Below, piece after piece: positions 30,690 to 41,386 of a stretch of 64,000 nucleotides of DNA. Numbering within the stretch: position 1 is the first letter of the stretch; each line of letters begins with the position of its first letter. Both the position numbers and the translations under genes were made by a program. The stretch comes from an uncultured Actinomycetota bacterium (GTDB taxonomy: Bacteria; Actinomycetota; Thermoleophilia; RBG-16-64-13). The DNA lies in the NCBI GenBank assembly GCA_963843515.1, contig CAWJKH010000004.1, forward strand, positions 35,867-99,866, written 5' to 3'. Below the pieces are notes generated by a model, which had not been told where the DNA came from, did not search any database, and saw only the letters and a list, made by a program, of their open reading frames with translations.

Positions 30690-32005
30690 TGAAACGCGCT
30701 CTCCGGTCTTTGGCTGCGCTCGCAGTGATCTCGATTCTCGCCGTCGCGGGCTGTAGCAACCCCGGAGGGAGTCCGTCAGCATCTAGCACTAAAGTTGTGT
30801 CGCCGCCCAGCCAACCTGGTGGCGCCGGAACCGGCACGGAGGGAACGGTCGCTCCGGCGGTGACTGTCGACACCCGCGCGGGCACGACCACGACGACCCT
30901 GGAGGCGCCGGCGGAGGAAGTCTTACTCTTTCCGGCTGTGCAGGGCGGCGCGGTGGGTTATATCGACAGCGAAGGTCGATGGATCATTCCGCCGCAGTTT
31001 AGCTCCGCTAGCAGATTCTCCGGGGGGCTGGCGATCGCAACGGTAGATGAAGGCCATGGAAGCCTGACCATCCAGAAGTACGGGGTCATCGACTCCACCG
31101 GCACATGGGTCATACAGCCGCGCTTCACGTGGTGCGGTGAGTTTTCCGAGGGCCTGGCCCCGGTGCAGCTGGAATCGCGCGGACGCTACGGTTACATCGA
31201 CCGGACCGGGAAGCTCGTCATCCCGCCCAAGTTCGAGAAACCAGGCCCACTGGATCAGGCCTCCGACGGGCAACTCGTGTTCTCCGATGGTCTAGCCCTG
31301 TTCGCGGCCGAAGGCGGTAGCCCGTGGGGATACATGGATGCCGCGGGCGCGGTCGTGGTGGAACCGCGATTCGACTCCGCCTCGGCCTTTGCCGGCGGCT
31401 ATGCCGCCGTGCGGGGTGGTCAGGAGAGCTACTTCATCGACAAGACGGGCCGTAGAGCGTTCCCGTCTCAAGACTATGCCGCGGCCGGGCCTTTCTCGGA
31501 GGGATTGGCCCCGGTCTCGGTCACGGACACCGATGGCACCCGGTATGGTTTCATCGACACCGCAGGCAGGATGGTGATCGAACCCCAGTTCGGCTTGGTC
31601 GGACAGTTCTCTGAAGGTCTAGCCATGTTCGGGCTCGGCGGCAGGTCTGCCGAAGACGCACTTTACGGCTTCATCAACACGAGCGGCGAGCCGGTCATCC
31701 CGCCGAAGTTTGACTACCTCTACTACTTTGGAAGCAGCGGGATGTCGGATGAGGCTCGGGCGTTCTCTGAGGGGCTGGCGCTCGTTACGTTCGACCACGG
31801 CGAGAGCTGGGCTTACATCGACAAGAATGGAGAGATCACCATCAAGCCCCGGGACAGCGTGTTGCCGGCACCGTTCCGTAACGGACTGGCCCTCCTAGAG
31901 AACGGCGATCTATACCGCACCGCAGGGGAGTGGCGCTGGGAATACATCGACAAGAGCGGCAAGACGGTCTGGGAAGAGGGCAGGCAGGACACTCCTCCAT
32001 CATGA
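30690..32005 (+). CDS. WG-repeat (KWG) lipoprotein
   Basis: GTG start with lipobox ILAVAGCS. Multiple YG[YF]ID..G..VI.P.F WG repeats. Confidence 0.65.
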
Positions 32006-33530
32006 CGCACGTACACCAGAGTCACTGGGGGCATCCCTATGTTTTTGTCAAGCCAGAGTGACCTCGCGAATGGCGGCGCCCTGATCGAATAGGGTGTCAT
32101 CCCGAAGCATGGCGAAGATCACATTGACCCGACGTCTCGCGAGAGCAAGCACCGCTTGATGATGCTTCTTGCCCTCACTTCGTTTCCGGTCATAGAAGGC
32201 CCGGGAGGCGGGGCTCTTAAGACTGGCAAAGGCCGACTGGTAGAGCACCTGCTTGAGCGATCGGTTGCCTCCGTGCGGTCGTCTCAGGCGCCCCTGCACT
32301 TTCCCGGAGTCTAAGGAGACCGGCGCAAGACCGGCATAAGCGGCGAGCTTGTCGGCGCTCCCAAAGGCAGAAAGACTGCCGACCGCCACCAAGAACTCAG
32401 CTCCCAGGCGAGGTCCCATGCCCGGCAGGCTCACGAGGATCTTCGCCTGGGCATGGGAGAAAAAACAGGCTTCGAGCTCCTCGTCTAGCTGGTGTAAGCG
32501 CTCGTTCAGGCGAACCAGTTCCCCGGCGAGCTCGCCCGCCAGGCGGGCACTAAGCTCTTCGGCGGGCAGACGCACCGTCTGTGCTTCGGCGGCCCTAAGG
32601 GCCCGCTCCGCGAGTTCCGCGGCCTTCCACACTCCCTGGCTCTTAAGATAGTCCGTGAGGCGCCGCAGGCCGGCCCGCCGAATCTTAAGCGGGGTCTGAT
32701 AGCGCAGAAGCAGCTTGGGCGCTCCTTGGGTCGTAAGATCAAGCGCACGCTCGAGACCGGGAAAGACCCCGACCAGCACCTCGCGCAGCCGATTGATGAG
32801 CCGGGTGCGGTCAGCCACCAGATCGTGGCGGTGGCCGACCAAGAGCCGAAGAGAGGCGACGGTCTCCTCGGAGGGCGCGTAGCGGGCGAGATTGCGCCTG
32901 AGACGGGCGTTCTCGGCGATGACGAGCGCATCCCGGCGATCGGTCTTGGCCTCGCCGGCCAGAGCGGTGCGGCTACGATTGACGACCAGACCGGGAACGT
33001 AGAAGACCTCTTGGCCCTTGGCGACGAGCAAGGCGAGAGCCAGAGCCGCGGGACCGAAGGTCATGTCAAGGGCCCAGCGGACGTGTTCGGCCAGGGCGGC
33101 CACTTCCGCCATCACGTGAAGGAGGTCCTCTTCAGTGTTCTCGACGCGGCGGGAGAGAAGTTCTTCCCCTTGCTCTCCGACCGTCACCACCCAGTGGAAC
33201 TCCTTGCCCACATCGATCCCGGCGAATGCTCGTTCCACCGTCACCTCCTTTACTTGTGTCAGGAGCATGTCCCAGAAAGACCCTTCGCCGGCATCACCTT
33301 ACGGAGCGAGCGATTCGCCGATCCCTATCAGCGGTCAAAGAGTCCTGGAAGGATCGAGCGGCAATACCCCCATGGCCATGGTGGCAGCTACTGAAAAGCC
33401 ATACTCGATCCACCTGGGAGCCTTGAGAATACGACTCATGGGCTCCCGAAAGAAAGGTAAGGCTACTGGATTTGATCAAAGGGATCTGATGCTGACGGGG
33501 AGTCATGCGCCTCTGCCATCCGGTGCCATT
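32006..33530 (-). mobile_element. IS110-family insertion sequence (approximate ends)
   Basis: Contains the IS110-type transposase gene and about 300 bp of non-coding leader. No terminal inverted repeats, as expected for IS110. It abuts a repeat-family copy at 33533. Confidence 0.55.
32048..33229 (-). CDS. IS110 family transposase (DEDD)
   Basis: AGIDVGK N-terminus and a C-terminal GMGP..AEFLV..G....F......AYAGLAPV..DSGK motif. GTG start with AAGGAGG upstream. Confidence 0.8.
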   Translation of the reverse strand, partial: AFAGIDVGKEFHWVVTVGEQGEELLSRRVENTEEDLLHVMAEVAALAEHVRWALDMTFGPAALALALLVAKGQEVFYVPGLVVNRSRTALAGEAKTDRRDALVIAENARLRRNLARYAPSEETVASLRLLVGHRHDLVADRTRLINRLREVLVGVFPGLERALDLTTQGAPKLLLRYQTPLKIRRAGLRRLTDYLKSQGVWKAAELAERALRAAEAQTVRLPAEELSARLAGELAGELVRLNERLHQLDEELEACFFSHAQAKILVSLPGMGPRLGAEFLVAVGSLSAFGSADKLAAYAGLAPVSLDSGKVQGRLRRPHGGNRSLKQVLYQSAFASLKSPASRAFYDRKRSEGKKHHQAVLALARRRVNVIFAMLRDDTLFDQGAAIREVTLA

Positions 33531-33532
33531 GC

Positions 33533-33695
<163 letters not shown>

Positions 33696-33892
33696 CCACC
33701 CCGATCAAACGGCGCGCGCAAAGCGGGTTTAGCGGCCATACGGAAGGGACCGTCTACTGGCCGATAGACCAGCAAGAATCCCGTGCGCGTGGGGGGCGCC
33801 TCGGGAGTGCCAGCCGCGTAGCATTTATCTTGCAGGCAGCTGTCCATGCAGTGACGAGCCATTACCGTCACACAAGCGGAAGGAGATACGGA

Positions 33893-34648
33893 ATGCCCTC
33901 CTATAGAAGAAACGCCATCGCAGGGGGGGTTCTCTTCATCGCTTGCTCGGCCGCGAGCATACTGAGCGCGGTTCCGTTGGGCTCGATGCTCGACGCCCCG
34001 GCCGATCTCGCCAGGCTGGTGGCAAACGACAACCGGGTGATATTGACAGCGCTCATCGAGTTCGTTTGGGCCGCTACCGGCGCGGGCATCGCCATCGCGC
34101 TGTACCCCGTCTTGAGAAAGCAGAACCGAGCCTTGGCCCTTGGATCGGTCGCGGCCAGGGTCGTCGAGGGTGCTTTCGTCATCATCGGCTCTCTCAGCCT
34201 GCTGGCGCTGCTGACCTTGGGCCAGGAATCGGTAGCGGCCGGCTCGACCGCCGCAGACTCCTATCAGGCGGCCGGAGACGCATTGCTCGCGGTCCGCACT
34301 TGGGCGCTCGGGTTCATCGCCTTCCTCCCGTTTGCCCTAGGTGCTCTCATGTACTACTTCTTGCTGTACAGATCACGGCTCGTCCCCCGCTGGCTGTCGG
34401 GTTGGGGCTTCGTCGGAGCCGGGTTGTGCTTGGTCGCGACCGTCTATTCCGGCTTCACCCAGGAGTTCGGTTTCTCGTCAGTCAATACCGTTCTCAACAT
34501 CCCGATAGGTGTCCAGGAGATGGTCTTGGCGGTGTGGCTGCTAATCAAGGGGTTCAGCACCTCGGCGGTGACTTTTGCTGGGACGGTCGCCTCTGGATCG
34601 GCGGTCACTTCCCAGCCGGCCGCACGGGTCGACGGGTCTATAGCCTGA
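33893..34648 (+). CDS. DUF4386-like membrane protein
   Basis: AAGGAG precedes the ATG. 5-6 TM helices. Confidence 0.45.
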   Translation: MPSYRRNAIAGGVLFIACSAASILSAVPLGSMLDAPADLARLVANDNRVILTALIEFVWAATGAGIAIALYPVLRKQNRALALGSVAARVVEGAFVIIGSLSLLALLTLGQESVAAGSTAADSYQAAGDALLAVRTWALGFIAFLPFALGALMYYFLLYRSRLVPRWLSGWGFVGAGLCLVATVYSGFTQEFGFSSVNTVLNIPIGVQEMVLAVWLLIKGFSTSAVTFAGTVASGSAVTSQPAARVDGSIA

Positions 34649-34952
34649 TCAGCTTCCCGATGATCCCCGGGGTGGGTCGAGGCCAGCGGATGCGGGTGTG
34701 GGGGTGAAGACCCTCGGGCCGCTCGCCTGAACCGCCACGTATTCTCTGGTCTGGAGGCATCCGCCAATGCCATCGGACACCTGGAAGAGAAGCGAGCGAC
34801 TTAGCACTTTTCCGCCTTTTGCTGGGGAAGACCAGAATGAGGCGGACTTTGCACTTCTGCGTCAGAAATGCGGCTGAGCCGGGACTTTCTCGACCATCCG
34901 CAGCGGGACCGCTCGGACCGACCGTGGAGCGTGCCCTGACGCGGCTCGTCAG

Positions 34953-36587
34953 CTAGGCAGGCGCCGCTGAACCCGGTTGCTGCGTGGGGATCCGCCCCGT
35001 GAAGAACAGGGCGATGACTCCCATAATGGCGAGGATGGCGAGGGCCGCGCGGAGACCGTCTATCTGGGAGGCCTCGTTCTGCTTTACCACCTCGGCAGTG
35101 AGTTCGGGTGAGGCACCGGCTGCGGCCATCTGCGCCTCGAGGTCGGCCTGGGAGATGAAAGGTGCACCCGCGGCCAGGCTCACGTTGGCCTGCGTCTTCA
35201 CCTCTTGGGGCACGTTGGGGTTCTGCTGGATCCCGGCTAGGAACGACACGGTCAGGGCCGCGATCAGCACCGAGCCCGCCAGCGCGGTCCCTATGGAGGC
35301 GCCGAGCTGGCAGGCGGTGTTCTGCAGCCCCCCGACCTCGGGGCTCTTGTCGGGAGGTGCTGCCGAGACGGTCACGCTACCCAGCTGCGACGCCAGCGCC
35401 CCCATGCCCAGACCGATGACGAACATGGGGACGATCACGATCGAGGAATCGGCCCCTACCGCGAGGCTCCCGATCAGCGCCAGGATGCCCACGATGATCG
35501 CCAGCAGACCGACGCGCACCACCCGTCGGGGCGAGACCCGGGGCAGCAGCTTGGGTATGCCCACCGCGGCGAGCAACATCGAGACCGAGAGCGGCACCAG
35601 ATGAAGACCGGTGTCGATAGAAGATAGCCCCAGCGCGACCGAGAGAAACAGCGGGATGACGAAGAAGATGCCGGATATGATCAGGAATTGAAAAAGGAAG
35701 GCAATGAGCCCTCCGGTGAGTTGCGGAAGGCGCAGCAGCGCGGGCGGGATGAGGGGATCCTTGTCGGCACGTTCCAGACGGTGTTGCCAGCGCATGAACA
35801 CCCAGATCAAGAAGAGCCCGGCGATCATGAACCAGAAGGTGAGCGAGAGCCCCAGCAAGGACGTGGTGCCGGGCTTAGGTCGGATCCAGCCCCACACCGA
35901 AGACTTGAGCACGCCCATGACAAAGAGGGCCAGGCCGGCGGTCCAGACCGCTGCGCCGATGAGGTCGAGGTGAGGGCGCTTCTCCATTGGCGGGTCGGCG
36001 GCGCGCCGGGCCAGCGCTAGGATGATGAGAACGAGGACCACCTCGCCGGCGAACACATAGCGCCACGAGAAGTACGTGGTCATGAATCCCCCGACCACCG
36101 GGCCGACGGCGATCGCGATCGCACCGGCGGCAGCCACGAGGCCGTAGGCCCTGGGTCGCCCCTCAGGCGGGAAGTTGCCGGCGACAAGCGCGACGATGGC
36201 CGGCATGATCAGCACTGCCCCGAAGCCCTCGAGGAACGACCAGCCGATGATGAGCACCGTGAGGTTGGGCGCCAACGCCGTCGTTAACGACCCGCAGCCG
36301 TAGATGATGCAGCCCAGCGAGAAGGCCCGCTTGCGGCCGATGATGCTGCCGACTTTGCCGCCGAGGACCATGAGGCTGGCCATGACCAGCGTGTAGAGCG
36401 TAATCGCCGTCTGCACGCCGGTTACGGTCGTTCCCAGATCCGCCGCCACGGTAGCGATCGAAACGTTCATGACCGACATGTCGAGAGCCATAAGGAACTG
36501 ACCGGCGGCCAGCGTGAAGAGGATGAGGCCGGCGCCGGAAGCAGCCGCGCTTGCACCGGTCTTGCCGGCGCCCTTCTTCTCCGCCAT
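34953..36587 (-). CDS. MFS transporter, DHA2 (EmrB/QacA 14-TMS) family
   Basis: 14 TM segments with motif A G..GRK. ATG at 36587 is preceded by GGAGGG. Confidence 0.75.
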   Translation of the reverse strand: MAEKKGAGKTGASAAASGAGLILFTLAAGQFLMALDMSVMNVSIATVAADLGTTVTGVQTAITLYTLVMASLMVLGGKVGSIIGRKRAFSLGCIIYGCGSLTTALAPNLTVLIIGWSFLEGFGAVLIMPAIVALVAGNFPPEGRPRAYGLVAAAGAIAIAVGPVVGGFMTTYFSWRYVFAGEVVLVLIILALARRAADPPMEKRPHLDLIGAAVWTAGLALFVMGVLKSSVWGWIRPKPGTTSLLGLSLTFWFMIAGLFLIWVFMRWQHRLERADKDPLIPPALLRLPQLTGGLIAFLFQFLIISGIFFVIPLFLSVALGLSSIDTGLHLVPLSVSMLLAAVGIPKLLPRVSPRRVVRVGLLAIIVGILALIGSLAVGADSSIVIVPMFVIGLGMGALASQLGSVTVSAAPPDKSPEVGGLQNTACQLGASIGTALAGSVLIAALTVSFLAGIQQNPNVPQEVKTQANVSLAAGAPFISQADLEAQMAAAGASPELTAEVVKQNEASQIDGLRAALAILAIMGVIALFFTGRIPTQQPGSAAPA

Positions 36588-36895
36588 CAGGATCACCCTC
36601 CTATCGCGGTCACGCGTGCAGCGCTCCATGGACCGGCGGCCACGCTGGGCCAGATTGTATCCTGGCGCGGCCTTCCGGGTGCACCTGTAGGCTACCGACC
36701 TACCAGGATGTCTCGGACCCGCCCGGGTGCCTCGGTAGCGGGAATCACGCCCGGCGATGACGTTTCCGCACTGTACGGCCTCCTTCAATGAATAGCGACT
36801 AGAAGACTGCAATAGCGGGAATAGGAGCTTTTCGATCACCCATGTTGGATTGATCGACGATTCCAGCGCCCCCCACAATGGCACAGGAGGAACCC

Positions 36896-37432
36896 ATGGC
36901 AATCGGACCGGTACAGCTGCTTGTGATCGGATTCGAGTCCCCGGAATTCAGGGGCGAGGCTCTCGACGAACTCGCACGGCTCCGCGAGAGCAACGCGGTG
37001 AGGGTCATAGACGCGCTCACGCTCTACAAGGACCCTGAGGGTGTCATGAACATCATACGGATGAGCAACCTGACCGAGGATGAGTCCATCGAGTTCGGCG
37101 CCAAAGTGGGCGCGCTCATCGGCCTGGGTGCGGCCGGCGAGGAAGGATTCGTCGTAGGAGCCGAACTGGGCGCTCTGGCCGGCGAGGAGGGCATCGAGAT
37201 CTTCTCCGACGACACAGGGGCGGACATCCTTGAGAACATCCCCAACGACTCGGCCGTGGCCCTCGTGCTTCTCGAGCATCACTGGGCGATCCCCCTACGG
37301 GACGCGATATGGCGTGCCGGCGGCTTCAATCTGGCGAGTTCCTTCATCAGGCCGCGCGACCTCATTGCCATCGGTCTCGTCAGTGCTGCCGAGGCCGACG
37401 AGCTGGCGGCGCTCGAGAAAGCTGCCGGCTAA
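36896..37432 (+). CDS. Hypothetical protein with Gly-rich segment (DUF1269-like)
   Basis: GGAGGA precedes the ATG. A GxxxG-rich central stretch. Confidence 0.4.
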   Translation: MAIGPVQLLVIGFESPEFRGEALDELARLRESNAVRVIDALTLYKDPEGVMNIIRMSNLTEDESIEFGAKVGALIGLGAAGEEGFVVGAELGALAGEEGIEIFSDDTGADILENIPNDSAVALVLLEHHWAIPLRDAIWRAGGFNLASSFIRPRDLIAIGLVSAAEADELAALEKAAG

Positions 37433-37502
37433 GGCGACAAGGACTAGGCAGAGGCTTGACGAGACGACCGGGCGGCAGGCGCCGTCCGGTCGTCTTCAGC
37501 CA

Positions 37503-38133
37503 CGTGGCCCGAAACTACAAACTCTTGCCCAAGCAGCGCCTCGAGGCGTTCTCCGATGGCGTCTTGGCCATCGTCATCACGCTGCTGGTGCTCGACCTCA
37601 AGGTCCCGACCGGCTCCAAGGGTCTCGGCGCCGCCCTGCTCGCAGAGTGGCGCGTATATCTCTCTTACCTGGTCAGCTTCGCCTTCGTCGGGGGCTGGTG
37701 GGTGGCTCACAGCAATCTCACCAGGTTCCTAAGGTCCGGCAACGGGCCTCTCTTTCGACTGAATCTGCTCGCCCTCCTCTTCGTCTCTGTCACGCCGTTC
37801 ACGACAAGCTTGATGGGAGAGCACAGCGGCGATGAGTCCGCGCGCGTCGCCACCCTCGTCTTCGGCATCAACCTCCTGCTGGCCTCCCTCGCACTCAGCT
37901 TGCTGGGGCGGTATGTCGCGAGCCACAGGGAGATGGTCGAAGACCAGATCGCCGAAGATGACATTCGCGCCCTCGTCCGGGGGCGGTGGTGGTCGGTGGG
38001 CCTGCTCGCCTTCGCCGTTGCCATCGCCGTGGTCTCATCGGAGGCCGCCATTATTCTCTATCTGGCCTGCACGGTCCTCTTCATCGTGGAGCCCCTCGTT
38101 CCCCGCCGGTCGCAAAGAGGGCGCGCGTCCTAA
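37503..38133 (+). CDS. TMEM175-family (DUF1211) putative K+ channel
   Basis: RLEAFSDGVLAIVITLLV is the RxxxFSDGV signature of helix 1. About 210 aa with 6 TM helices. Confidence 0.65.
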
Positions 38134-38607
38134 GCAGCCGGAGGAGATGGGCGTCCGTGTGCTGTCGCCTGCAGCACCTTGGGTGTTCGCATGCAGGAGG
38201 TTCCGAATGCTTCGGTGGAAAAGACTGGAACGAGGCCGATTTCTTCCGCATCAAGGCATGGAACTCCCAGGCCAAAAATTCGGACCGACGGTCCGATCGC
38301 GGCCGCCAGACCCGTCTGTTTGCGAGGGCTTCTCTCCGTGGCTGCCATCGGCTCGCCAACATCTTGAGCGCGGCGCTTTGAGCATCACAAGCAGGGTGCG
38401 GACTCACGGCGGTAGAGGGTTGTTTCAGGCCGCTGGCGGAGAGGACCCGCAAAACGTAGGTGTGGTGCCGGGGGTTAAGGTCCGACGTAACCTGTCCGCC
38501 GGGGTCCGGGGAGTTCGTCACCAGAATGGCACCAAGGACCCTCCAGCCGCTGGATGACTGTCTCCTGCTGTCGAGCCAGGGTGCCGATAGTCGTGGTAGG
38601 TGAGGCC

Positions 38608-39021
38608 ATGATGAATACCCCCTGGCAATATGACGGCGAGCGGAACCAGCCCGAAAGCAAGCTGCCCACTTTCAGCATCTCCATCGATAGGGACCAGCGG
38701 AACGGCAACCTACTGGTGTGGGTATCGAGAGAGTCGGATTGGACTCTCTTCGACCAGATCACAGCCTTGCTTGCCGAAGCCTTTCGGGGCCGCTGGTCAG
38801 AGCAGGCTGACGGCCTCGACCAGAGGAACTGGGACTTGGTCGTCGGCGATGTGAAGGCCACTCTTCACTTGGAACACTACCTCGGCATCTCCCTGTTCCC
38901 GGCCAAAGGCAACAAGGAGACGGAGAAGGCTAACGAGCTGGTCCTCAGAATGGGTCGGTATCTGGAGGCTTCTAGGCGCTTCGCTCCCTCAGATTTCGAG
39001 TACCACCTCCCGCTGATATAG
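38608..39021 (+). CDS. Hypothetical protein
   Basis: Open frame with ordinary codon usage but no recognisable domain. Partly overlapped by an antisense ORF. Confidence 0.3.
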   Translation: MMNTPWQYDGERNQPESKLPTFSISIDRDQRNGNLLVWVSRESDWTLFDQITALLAEAFRGRWSEQADGLDQRNWDLVVGDVKATLHLEHYLGISLFPAKGNKETEKANELVLRMGRYLEASRRFAPSDFEYHLPLI

Positions 39022-39132
39022 GCAGCGATTAACAGGCACTGGAGCAGCTCGTCGCGCTCCTCGGGGGACAGCGACTCGTAGAGGTGGTTCAGTTCGTCGA
39101 GGGGGAGGCTACTTGCCATCGACTTCAGGTAG

Positions 39133-39170
<38 letters not shown>

Positions 39171-39689
39171 CGCACTCGGGCAAGACCGTTGCCGATATAC
39201 TGAAGGCAGGGAGGTATCCCCAAGTGCGCGCATTCGCCTCTTGGCCTCGTCGTTCGCGGTGGCCACGGCTTCTTGGTCTGGCCTCGCTCCTTGCGGCTGT
39301 GGGCTGCGCCGCATACCTGCTCTTCGGCGGCATCTATTCCAGCACAACTGAAGACGCCTCCGATACCGAAGGCGGAGTGGTTGACGTTACCACCACCCAG
39401 GGCTGGCAGGACTACGCCATCGTCGGCTGGGCTTTGTTCATAGTCTTGCTCGGGGTGGTAACCGTTTTCGCCGCCTGGCGGGGCCGCTCTGGGCCTGTTT
39501 GGGTGTCGGCTTTCCTGCTGCTCATATTGACGGTCCTTGGAGTTGTGAGCATCGGTCTGTTCGTGGCGCCAGTGGCGCTCCTGTTCGCCCTCACCGCTTA
39601 CACGCTTAGTGTTTCTCGGCGTCGAGGCCGGGCTGCTGCGTAACCGCGATCGGAAAGACGGAGACATGCCTTCAAGTACGCGTGCGTCC

Positions 39690-39785
39690 GTTCGGGCCCG
39701 TCCGCTGGTGACGAGTTCGTCACCAGGATGTCACCACGAGAGCCCCGAAGACGCGAGAACCCGGCCGCCTGAGCCGGGTCTGACT
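39690..39785 (+). repeat. Repeat family variant fragment
   Basis: CGCTGGTGACGAGTTCGTCACC...AGAACCCGGCCGCCTGAGCCGGGTCT. The hairpin ACCCGGC/GCCGGGT is retained and there is no 3' module. Confidence 0.4.
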
Positions 39786-40039
39786 AACCCGCCTTCCCGT
39801 CGCGGGCGCGATCGCCTTCTTCGAGGGCGCTGAATCCTTCCGTCTCTTCGACGATGACGGGCCACCCATCGAGGCCTTGAGGAATCGCCTCCAGCAACTG
39901 TCCCCTCTTCCGCTCGACGAAGACCCGGATGCAGGGCCTGCCGTCGGCTTCGCCTTCGGCAATGCCGACGACGCCCGGCAAAGAGGTTATCCCGCGCGCA
40001 TGCCTCTTCAGGGCCGAATCTACGGTCTCATCCGCCACC

Positions 40040-40420
40040 CTATCCCTCGACTGCCACCTCAAATCCCCCGTATGCCATTCTCTTCATGTCAAACGGCATT
40101 GGCAATGCCTCTTGTCCCTCATATCTTTCGTTCATTTGTGCCATGACTTTTCCATTGACATCATCTCGATGGTGCTTCGAGCCAAAGACAATGAAAGAAA
40201 ACCATACGTCTTCATCAGTTGCTGCGCCTGCCATTTCCGGGAAAGCTCGTGTCTTCTCCTCTCCCATCTCCTGCTGCTTTAAGTCATCCCCCCTGCACTC
40301 AAAGTATTCAAGCGCGCCATTCTCCACCCACATAGCGCGTCCCTGCTCTGCCATTTGCCTGTAATCATCTTCCTTGTCTTTAGGTACCACAATCACAAAA
40401 CCATCAACATACTTTGACAT
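40040..40420 (-). CDS. DUF1428 domain protein
   Basis: MSKYVDGFVIVVPKDKEDDYR... It lies in a conspicuously AT-rich (~45% GC) island at about 39990-40450. Confidence 0.6.
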   Translation of the reverse strand: MSKYVDGFVIVVPKDKEDDYRQMAEQGRAMWVENGALEYFECRGDDLKQQEMGEEKTRAFPEMAGAATDEDVWFSFIVFGSKHHRDDVNGKVMAQMNERYEGQEALPMPFDMKRMAYGGFEVAVEG

Positions 40421-40897
40421 TTCATTTACCCCTTTTTTAGCCGTGATATCGCGTGCCGGATGCCGAAGAGATCAGAGAGCCTTGTTCTAAGCATCAACGT
40501 CCTCCGCGACCGACCGATTCCAGAGGTATCTTCCCAGGCCGGCGCCCATGACAAACGGACGTCGCTTGTGATTACAGCAAAGGGCGGGCGCACGGGCCCG
40601 CAGGCCGCGAACACGGCCGGCTTACTGCCCGCTCTTGTGGCCTCGCCCTGGAAGAGCGACGAGCAGAACGAGGCACCTCTGCGGTACCTGGTCGAGTCAC
40701 GCGACGGTAGGCCCGCCGTCGCCGCCCTCCTCTACACCGGCTACTCGTTCGAACCGGAGTTGCTTGGGCTAGGTATGCCATCCACGCCTACAGTTCAGCG
40801 GGTGCCCGGCGATCTCTCGTACGGATCTGGCCGGCCTTCTCGGTAGGCACTCCTCCGCACTTCAAGCAGGCTTCGAGCGTGCTGTCGGGTGCTCTCC

Positions 40898-41072
40898 CGT
40901 CCGTACCGGCCCGTCCGCTGGTGACGAGTTTGCCACCGACTTGCCACCGAACTCGCTCGAAAGGCACGAGAAGCTCGACCTCAGTGGTCGAGCTTCGCCT
41001 CACGAAACCCCTGGAAATGAGCGGAGAGGGGGGATTCGAACCCCCGGTACCGCTTGCGCGGCACAACGGTCA
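40898..41072 (+). repeat. Interspersed tRNA-like repeat family copy
   Basis: GACGAGTTTGCCACCGACTTGCCACCGAACTCGC...GAGCGGAGAGGGGGGATTCGAACCCCCGGTACCGCTTGCGCGGCACAACGG. The internal hairpin is replaced by GAAGCTCGACC/GGTCGAGCTTC, a different sequence with the same fold. Confidence 0.7.
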
Positions 41073-41386
41073 TGGAGGTTTCTGATGCGGACCACCCTTG
41101 CGCGGTTGGCCGTTCGCCGCCGCCCCTACTGCGAGTAGTAGAGGCCGCCCGCATAGGTACCCTGCATGCCCTGCGCGTCGAAGCTGAGATCCCAATTCAT
41201 TGTTCCCTGGAGATCAGCCAGCCGGCCCGTGCCGCTGAGGATCGTTGTCGTGCCAGATCGTCTCCAGTCCTTGGTCGAGACTATCGCCGCTGCGGGGGTC
41301 AACGTGGCAGTCGAAGTGTAACTCGAACCATCTTCGAGTCGCCACCGCCCGGACCTCCGCCCCGCGCTGTCTGGCGCACCTCAAAG

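Noticed and set aside
38877-39119. 80-aa minus ORF (MASSLPLDELNHLYESLSPEERDELL...)
   Set aside because: It overlaps the 3' end of the + strand ORF 38608..39021 and a repeat module. The first 30 codons look protein-like but there is no RBS or domain support, so it is left unannotated.
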